DNA of 42,923 nt from Clostridiales bacterium UBA1779 (GTDB lineage: Bacteria > Bacillota > Clostridia > Oscillospirales > CAG-272), in NCBI GenBank assembly GCA_002314565.1, contig DCGL01000066.1, positions 19,146-62,068 on the forward strand, read 5' to 3'. Position 1 is the first letter of the stretch. Each line of letters opens with the position of its first letter. Below the pieces are notes generated by a model. It saw only the letters and a list, made by a program, of their open reading frames with translations, was not told the origin of the DNA and made no database searches. Shown piece after piece: positions 36,995-42,923 of the stretch. The position numbers were made by a program, and so were the translations under genes.

Positions 36995-37287
36995 GGCATT
37001 GTTTTTATTCGGAATTTCAAAACAATGCTCGAAAAAATCCGGGTGGCATTGGAATTTGATAATATAATAGAAAACAATGCCAGGAAATGAATGTGTGGCA
37101 TTGGAATTTGATAATTTGAAAGAAAACAATGCCGGTAATCTGATAGCCGGCATTGTAAAGTCATATTTTGAAGAAAAACAATGCTGCAAAAGAAAATCCC
37201 GGCATTGTTTTTGATCCAAGTCGATAAAAACAATGCTGTAATAAAATATTCCGGCATTGTTTTTTATAAAGACTTAAAAAACACTCC
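36995..37287. repeat. 52-bp-period array of alternately inverted motifs (6 units)
   Basis: GGCATTG at 36995, 37045, 37097, 37149, 37201 and 37253; CAATGC at 37023, 37075, 37127, 37179 and 37231 (each preceded by AAAA); variable sequence between them. Confidence 0.9.
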
Positions 37288-37351
37288 CCCGGCTTCGAAG
37301 GACGATCTGATATGCACAAAATAGGCATATCATCGGAAGGAAGCCGGGGGA
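37276..37351 (-). terminator. Nested stem-loop, probable htpG terminator
   Basis: Outer stem TCCCCCGGCTTC/GAAGCCGGGGGA, inner stem TGATATGC/GCATATCA; followed by GTGTTTTTT on the minus strand. Confidence 0.65.
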
Positions 37352-37370
37352 AACAAAATTGACAACTCAA

Positions 37371-37441
37371 ATTACAACGATGTAGATTACAATGATGTCA
37401 TTTCAATGATGTAATTTCAATGATGTAATTTTAATGACGTT
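37371..37441. repeat. 14-bp tandem repeat, 5 copies
   Basis: ATTACAACGATGTAG, ATTACAATGATGTC, ATTTCAATGATGTA (twice), ATTTTAATGACGTT. Confidence 0.88.
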
Positions 37442-37457
37442 ATTATATAAAATTTAA

Positions 37458-39554
37458 TCAGAACAGCTGAAGCAGCTTGTAGCCTTCGTTCAGGAAGGCG
37501 GAAAGCTCGTCGGCGCTGAGCTTTTTCTGTGCGATGAGAGCGAGGCGGTAGACGAAAGATGCAAAGCTTTCGGCTCTCTCGGCATCGCTGCCTTCGGCAA
37601 GCTCGCAGAGCTTCTTGTAAATCTCTGATGAGGTATTGAGCGTGAGAGTGTAGTCCATCGGGAAGGCAGGAGGAGTTTCTCCGGGAGCAGCATAAAGTTT
37701 CATCATATCCTCAAAGCGGCGGGACTGCTCGCTGACCGTAAGCAGAGCGGGAACGTCCTTTGACTTGAGTGACTCTGTCTTGACTTCGACCTTGTCGTTT
37801 CCGGCAACCTTCTTGAAGAGCTCTTTGAGCTTTTCGCTGACCTCGGCAACTTCACCGTCGCCCTTGAGAGCATCGGAAAGATCGGCGTCAACTCGTACGA
37901 ACTTGACGTTTTCCTTGAATTCTTCAAGGCTTGTCAGGTACTGTGAATCAAGAGGAAGATCGAAGATGGCAACCTCGGTTCCGGCATCTGTCAGCATGCG
38001 GATGTACTGTGTCTGAAGAGCCGTATCCGTGGCATAATAAACCGTGCCCTTGGGCTCTTCTTTCTTTTCTTCTGAAGACGAATCTGCCGTTTTTTCTTCA
38101 GTCTGTTCAGCGGGCTTTTCTTCAGCCGTTTTATCGGAACTTTCATCTGCAGATTCAGCAGGCTTTTCATCCTTCTTCTGTGCATCGCTGAGATATTCGC
38201 CGACGGTCTTGAACTTTCCGTCTGTAAGTCTGAGAATCAGGCTGTCCTTGACTCTTTCAAGGAACTTACGGTCTCTGATGCAGGCAAACTCGATGAAAAT
38301 TCTGATGTCCGAGTAAACTTTTTCGTATTTTTCACGGTCCGTATTGCAAAGCGAATTGAACTTATCCGCGACCTTCTTTGCGATGAACTGACCGATACGC
38401 TTAACGTATGCGTTGTCCTGAAGATAGCTTCTCGAAACGTTGAGGGGAAGCTCGGGGCAATCGAGGGCTCCTCTGAGCATAAGAAGGTATTCGGGAAGAA
38501 CTTCCTTGATGTTATCGGACACGAAGACCTGATTGTAGAACAGCTTTACCTGGCCTTCAAGAGACTGGGATTCGCTGCGGATCTTCGGGAAGTAGAGAAT
38601 TCCCTTGAAATTCAGCGGATAATCCGCGTTGATGTGAATCCAGAACAGCGGATCGTCGGCATCCTTGAAAAGCTTATGATAAAAGGCGTTGTATTCTTCG
38701 GGAGTAATTTCAGACTGGGGCTTGTTCCAGAGCGGAACTGTATCGTTGATGGGCTTTGCTTCTGCCTTTGTGACCTCAACGTGCTTCGGAATGTCGTTTT
38801 CGTCGTCAGCCTCAGTCTTCGAAAGATTTATGACATCATCGTCAAGATTTGCGTCGTAGTCTTTCTTGAGCTCGGTATCGGGTGCTTCGGAAACGTCCGT
38901 TACGTATACGGGTACGGGAATGAAGGAGCAATACTTCTCAAGAACTTCTTTGAGCTTATACATCTTGAGATATTCGGCTTCTTCATCTGAAATATGCATA
39001 ATGATGCTTGTTCCGCGTTCGGACCTTTGTGAAGGAGTGATTTCGTAGTCACCCGCTTCCGTGCAGGACCAGTGTACGGCGGGACCTCCCTGATATGACA
39101 GTGTATCGATTTCGACGCAGTCACTTACCATAAAGGAGGAGTAAAATCCGAGACCGAAGTGACCGATGATACCGTTGCCGGCCTTGTCGGAGCCTTCGCT
39201 CTTTTCGCCTTCGTATTTCTGAATAAAGTCAAGGGCGCCGGACAGAGCAATTGAGCAGATATATTTCTGAAGCTCGTCTTCCGTCATACCGATACCGTTA
39301 TCGGTTACGGTGAGAGTTTTCAAATCCTTGTCCAGCTCAACGTCGATGCGGAAATTCTCGCCCTCGGGCAGATGAATTTCACCGAGTGAATCAAGTCTCT
39401 TCAGCTTGATTACGGCATCCGATGCGTTTGATACGATTTCACGGATAAAAATATCCTTGTCAGAATACAGCCATTTCTTGATAACGGGGAAGATATGCTG
39501 TGTTTCAACGGATATACCGCCTTTTCTGACTTTTGCTTTTTCGTTTTCTGACAT
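37458..39554 (-). CDS. htpG: Molecular chaperone HtpG (Hsp90)
   Basis: LYSDKDIFIREIVSNASDA, DNGIGMT, IGHFGLGFYSSFMV, LPLNVSRSYLQ. Confidence 0.97.
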   Translation of the reverse strand: MSENEKAKVRKGGISVETQHIFPVIKKWLYSDKDIFIREIVSNASDAVIKLKRLDSLGEIHLPEGENFRIDVELDKDLKTLTVTDNGIGMTEDELQKYICSIALSGALDFIQKYEGEKSEGSDKAGNGIIGHFGLGFYSSFMVSDCVEIDTLSYQGGPAVHWSCTEAGDYEITPSQRSERGTSIIMHISDEEAEYLKMYKLKEVLEKYCSFIPVPVYVTDVSEAPDTELKKDYDANLDDDVINLSKTEADDENDIPKHVEVTKAEAKPINDTVPLWNKPQSEITPEEYNAFYHKLFKDADDPLFWIHINADYPLNFKGILYFPKIRSESQSLEGQVKLFYNQVFVSDNIKEVLPEYLLMLRGALDCPELPLNVSRSYLQDNAYVKRIGQFIAKKVADKFNSLCNTDREKYEKVYSDIRIFIEFACIRDRKFLERVKDSLILRLTDGKFKTVGEYLSDAQKKDEKPAESADESSDKTAEEKPAEQTEEKTADSSSEEKKEEPKGTVYYATDTALQTQYIRMLTDAGTEVAIFDLPLDSQYLTSLEEFKENVKFVRVDADLSDALKGDGEVAEVSEKLKELFKKVAGNDKVEVKTESLKSKDVPALLTVSEQSRRFEDMMKLYAAPGETPPAFPMDYTLTLNTSSEIYKKLCELAEGSDAERAESFASFVYRLALIAQKKLSADELSAFLNEGYKLLQLF

Positions 39555-39661
39555 AAAAGTTCACGACCTTTCGATGGGTAATTGTATAATATTATATTAT
39601 ACCACAAAATCAGCAAAATTCAACTTTTATGTCCGATTATATATATTTAATATATTATTAC

Positions 39662-39690
39662 TTGAAAAAATCATATTATTGTAATATAAT
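39662..39690 (+). promoter_or_regulatory. Sigma-A promoter upstream of ispE
   Basis: TTGAAA-N17-TATAAT. Confidence 0.6.
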
Positions 39691-39821
39691 ATCGTGAACC
39701 ATTATGTATTATCTTTTATATGACTCAATCTGTGTCGGCAGACGTAATTGAACGTCAAAACGATGCTTTTCCGGATTCGGTTTTGTTGATACTATAAAAG
39801 AAAGAGTGAAAGGTCCTTGCT

Positions 39822-40709
39822 ATGAACGGAATCGTCATCAGAGCCTGTGCAAAAGTTAATCTGTTTCTTGACGTTTCAGCTAAGAACACTGACGGATACC
39901 ATTCGGTTAATACCGTTATGCTGTCTCACAGTCTTTCAGACAGAGTAGTCATCAGCCGCGAAGGAAACGGTATCAAACTTTTGTGCAGCGAATCCCGTCT
40001 TCCCGTGGATGAGAAGAACATTGCATTCAGAGCAGCAGATGCATTTTACAAAATTACAGGGTTTAATCCTTCCGTTACAATCTCACTTGAGAAAAACATC
40101 CCTTTTCAGGCGGGAATGGGCGGAGGAAGCACCGATGCCGCTGCCGTGATACGCGGGCTCAACGTAATTTACGGAAACCCGCTCGACAGCGATTCCGAAG
40201 AAAAGCTTGCAAGGACATTCGGTGCAGACGTCCCCTTCTTTCTGCGCGGAGGTTGTTACCGTCTTTCGGGACGCGGCGATATTTTTGAGGAAAAACTGAA
40301 CGTCCCCAAGTGCGGTCTTCTTTTTATCAAGCCTGATGCGGGAATATCAACTCCCGATGCTTACAAGGAGCTTGACAGACTGTATAGAGATTTTTCCGGG
40401 TATGTTCCGCGTGATTATAAGAAACTGACTGCCGCAACTGCAGGCAATGAATTCGGGAAAATATGCGGAAGCATATTCAATATTTTCGATATGACACTGC
40501 CGGAGCTCTGTCCTCTGAATATTGAAATTCTGAACGTTCTGCGCTGCCTTACCCCCGGCGCCGTTCTCAGCGGAAGCGGATCTTCGGTTTGCGGTTTCTT
40601 CAGGACGGAAAAAGCGGCAATAAATGCAGAGAAGAAAATAAGGAAAGAACATCCTCTGCTTCATACCTACGTCAGCGTTCCCACAGAGAAAGCTTTATTT
40701 ACAGAATAA
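39822..40709 (+). CDS. ispE: 4-(cytidine 5'-diphospho)-2-C-methyl-D-erythritol kinase
   Basis: AKVNLFLDV..DGYH, KNIPFQAGMGGGSTDAAA, GADVPFF, LSGSGSSV. Confidence 0.95.
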   Translation: MNGIVIRACAKVNLFLDVSAKNTDGYHSVNTVMLSHSLSDRVVISREGNGIKLLCSESRLPVDEKNIAFRAADAFYKITGFNPSVTISLEKNIPFQAGMGGGSTDAAAVIRGLNVIYGNPLDSDSEEKLARTFGADVPFFLRGGCYRLSGRGDIFEEKLNVPKCGLLFIKPDAGISTPDAYKELDRLYRDFSGYVPRDYKKLTAATAGNEFGKICGSIFNIFDMTLPELCPLNIEILNVLRCLTPGAVLSGSGSSVCGFFRTEKAAINAEKKIRKEHPLLHTYVSVPTEKALFTE

Positions 40710-40872
40710 ACTCATTATTCCGAAAGGAAAAAGACGATGTTAATCATCGCCGCCAATTGACACTCGGCTTTGCGGCCTTTGTCTGCCGGACACCGACAAT
40801 TTTGTTTCGCGAAACCTGCTACACCCACCAAAGAAAGGAAGCTTTTGCTCAGCAAAAGCTGTGGTTTTAAAG

Positions 40873-42048
40873 ATGAGCAATTCATATGAGAATGAAAAAA
40901 TCTATGCCGGACGCGGTACTCCGGAAATGTTCGACGATTACGTTGACTTTATAAACTACGTTTTCGGTTTCAACGGAAACGGGAGCGATTTCAAGAAACT
41001 TCTTCCGAAGCTTTATCAGTATAAATATGAGCCCGCTGTCCATTCATACGTCGTCACCGAGGACGGAAAACTGAAATCCGCCATCGGAGCCTTCGACCAC
41101 GACCTTTGCGTATGCGGTGAAGTTCTGAAGACGAGGGGCATCGGTAACGTTGCCGTTCATCCGTATTCACGTTCAAAGGGCTATATGAAGCAGCTGATGA
41201 ATATGGCGCTTGACGATATGGTAAAGGACGGTGTCGTGCTCTCAGCCCTCGGCGGCCGCCGTCAGAGATACAGATATTTCTCTTATGACAAATTGGGACC
41301 GAAGTACAGCTTTTCAGTCAATTCTGACAATATCAGACACAGCTTCGGCGATTCGGAAAGTATCTTTACGTTCAAAAGAGTTAAGGCCGAAGATAAGGAC
41401 ATCCTTGACAGCATAAAGAAGCTTTCAAGCTCTCAGAACCTGTATGCCACACGAGACAATGCAGATTATTATGAGATACTCGTAAGCTGGCAGCAGTCCG
41501 TACATGCGGCTTACCTTGACGGAAAGTTTGCCGGATACATGGTAGAGAAGGATTGCGAGGTTTCCGAACTCCTTCTTGAAGATGAATATATTCCGAAGCT
41601 GCGTGAATTTATCCGCGACGCATTCCGTTACCTTGGCAGAGGAAAGCTCGGATTCAAGTTGCCCGTGCATCTTCCCGAATATCTGAAACTCGTTCAGGAT
41701 ATTCCGGAAGGAATCAGCTTTGAGCCCTGCAAGTCCTTCAGTGTACTAAATTACAAGGCTGTCGTCGGTGCTTTTATGAAGCTCAAGGCAACTTACGAAA
41801 AAATGCCTGACGGAAAGCTCGTTCTGAATATCAACGGACGCGGCGGAAATGAAAATATTGCGCTGACGGTTAAAAACGGAGTACCAAGCTGTGAATATAC
41901 CGAAGAAAAGGCAGATATGAAGTTTGAGCATATTGAAGCTATGAATCTTCTGTTCGGACTTTGCTGTCCCGAAAGAGATATGCTTCCGGATTTTGCAAGA
42001 ATATGGCTGCCGCTGCCCCTCTTCGTTTATTATTCTGATACAGTCTGA
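40873..42048 (+). CDS. GNAT family acetyltransferase, Eis-like, with SCP2-like C-terminus
   Basis: GIGNVAVHPYSRSKGYMKQLM acetyl-CoA motif, RYRYFSY, about 390 aa with a C-terminal beta-rich domain. Start is ATG 40873 or GTG 40861. Confidence 0.8.
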   Translation: MSNSYENEKIYAGRGTPEMFDDYVDFINYVFGFNGNGSDFKKLLPKLYQYKYEPAVHSYVVTEDGKLKSAIGAFDHDLCVCGEVLKTRGIGNVAVHPYSRSKGYMKQLMNMALDDMVKDGVVLSALGGRRQRYRYFSYDKLGPKYSFSVNSDNIRHSFGDSESIFTFKRVKAEDKDILDSIKKLSSSQNLYATRDNADYYEILVSWQQSVHAAYLDGKFAGYMVEKDCEVSELLLEDEYIPKLREFIRDAFRYLGRGKLGFKLPVHLPEYLKLVQDIPEGISFEPCKSFSVLNYKAVVGAFMKLKATYEKMPDGKLVLNINGRGGNENIALTVKNGVPSCEYTEEKADMKFEHIEAMNLLFGLCCPERDMLPDFARIWLPLPLFVYYSDTV

Positions 42049-42923
42049 TGCCTGAAATTTTAAAACCGTACGAAGGCTGGTACAGGGACGGAAACAAGCG
42101 GCTTTTCACACTTATGTCGATTTTTCTCAATCTTGCTCCGGATTATATCGAGCCGGGGATGATTAACGAAATTACCGGCGGTGATAAAAAGAACGACGAA
42201 TATGCCTTTGCCTCAATAGCCGCAGCGGCCTGCGGACTTGACGTATATGGAAAAAGGCAGGACAGGCAGTTCTTTTCCGATATGTTTCTTCCGATGTTTC
42301 ATAAGCTGTCCGTGACTCCGTACAGAAATGATCCTTATTACACGAACGTAAAGCTGCCCGTCGGTAAATCCGGAAACTGGACTTTTGAGCGCCGTACCTG
42401 CAAGCCGTACGAGGCATTCGTGTTCGATGACCCGGTGATTTCCGGCACGAAGGATTCAGGATTTAAGGTCATCCCTCAGATTGGTTTCTTCGATGAAAGC
42501 TATGAATATCCTGCCGTTCTTGAAGGCGGCAGAGAGTGGATGACGCTTATGCCAAACGAAACGAACACGTCACGCGAAGCAATTGAAAAAGCTCACGGAC
42601 GCGTTCTGACCTTCGGTCTCGGCCTCGGATATTTTACTTATATGGCGGCAATTAAGCCGGAAGTCACATCGCTTACAGTGGTTGAAAAGAGTGAGGACGC
42701 GGTAAAGCTGTTCAGGGAGCACATTCTGCCGCAGTTTCCCGAGCCCGGCAAGGTCGTAATTGAGTTGTGCGACGCATATGAATTCTGCGAGAGAGGCCTT
42801 ACGGACTTTGACCTAATCTTCGCCGACATCTGGCATGACCCTTCTGACGGGGTTGAGCTTTACCTTAAATTCAAAGAATACGAAGCCCGAAATCCGGGAC
42901 CCGAGTATATCTATTGGATTGAA
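42048..42923 (+). CDS. Class I SAM-binding protein (methyltransferase/spermidine synthase-like), 3'-truncated
   Basis: Not in the ORF track. ATG overlaps the GNAT stop (TGATG) and the frame stays open to the window end: MPEILKPY...WMTLMPNE...RVLTFGLGLGYFTY...TVVEKS...CDAYEF...DLIFADIW. Confidence 0.85.
   Translation, partial: MPEILKPYEGWYRDGNKRLFTLMSIFLNLAPDYIEPGMINEITGGDKKNDEYAFASIAAAACGLDVYGKRQDRQFFSDMFLPMFHKLSVTPYRNDPYYTNVKLPVGKSGNWTFERRTCKPYEAFVFDDPVISGTKDSGFKVIPQIGFFDESYEYPAVLEGGREWMTLMPNETNTSREAIEKAHGRVLTFGLGLGYFTYMAAIKPEVTSLTVVEKSEDAVKLFREHILPQFPEPGKVVIELCDAYEFCERGLTDFDLIFADIWHDPSDGVELYLKFKEYEARNPGPEYIYWIE

Noticed and set aside
36995-37287. CRISPR array (36-37-bp units with inverted ends)
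   Set aside because: Unit interiors vary, the intervening segments are only 15-16 nt, and no cas genes are present. Kept as a non-CRISPR array.
36860-37370. ORFs 36860-37219, 36910-37257 and 37161-37370 (minus strand)
   Set aside because: They overlap terminators and the 52-bp array, whose period is out of frame; no convincing RBS.
39555-39660. CIRCE or CtsR heat-shock operator before htpG
   Set aside because: No TTAGCACTC-N9-GAGTGCTAA or clear CtsR heptad repeat found.
151-42829. Numerous short ORFs nested in or antisense to the major genes
   Set aside because: Shadow ORFs with no recognisable motifs, fully overlapping well-supported CDSs.

Overview
Chromosomal segment of a probable Clostridia-class Firmicute. 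This is inferred from sigma-A type TTGACA-N17-TATAAT promoters, lipoprotein solute-binding proteins (SBPs), a clostridial-type EF-G paralog and a TSCPD protein. The left ~23.4 kb is a carbohydrate-utilisation region: a truncated beta-helix protein, a fucose/arabinose-type isomerase, an SGNH hydrolase, tRNA-Val(GAC), three orphan SBP lipoproteins, two paralogous MBL-fold hydrolases (one a lipoprotein with an F5/8C domain), a surface protein with a Cys-containing C-terminal anchor, an AraR-like GntR/LacI regulator, GH125, a clan-D (GH36-like) hydrolase, a GH106-like hydrolase and rhaA. The right ~19.5 kb is mostly housekeeping: metG, tatD, EF-G paralog, truB, trmB, DUF1700/DUF4097, TSCPD, PHP, a PHP+LTD lipoprotein, htpG, ispE, an Eis-like GNAT and a truncated SAM-binding protein. 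The most unusual signals are (i) two unrelated non-coding arrays of alternately inverted motifs with fixed 63-bp and 52-bp periods and variable spacers, each near a 13-14-bp tandem repeat; (ii) a seven-copy candidate operator defining a local regulon; (iii) the GC-hydrophobic-basic C-terminal anchor; (iv) ComEC/Pce-like MBL hydrolases inside a mannosidase locus; and (v) a possible leader peptide before the GNAT. No integrase, transposase, cas gene or true CRISPR array was seen. All family calls come from motif recognition by eye, not database searches.
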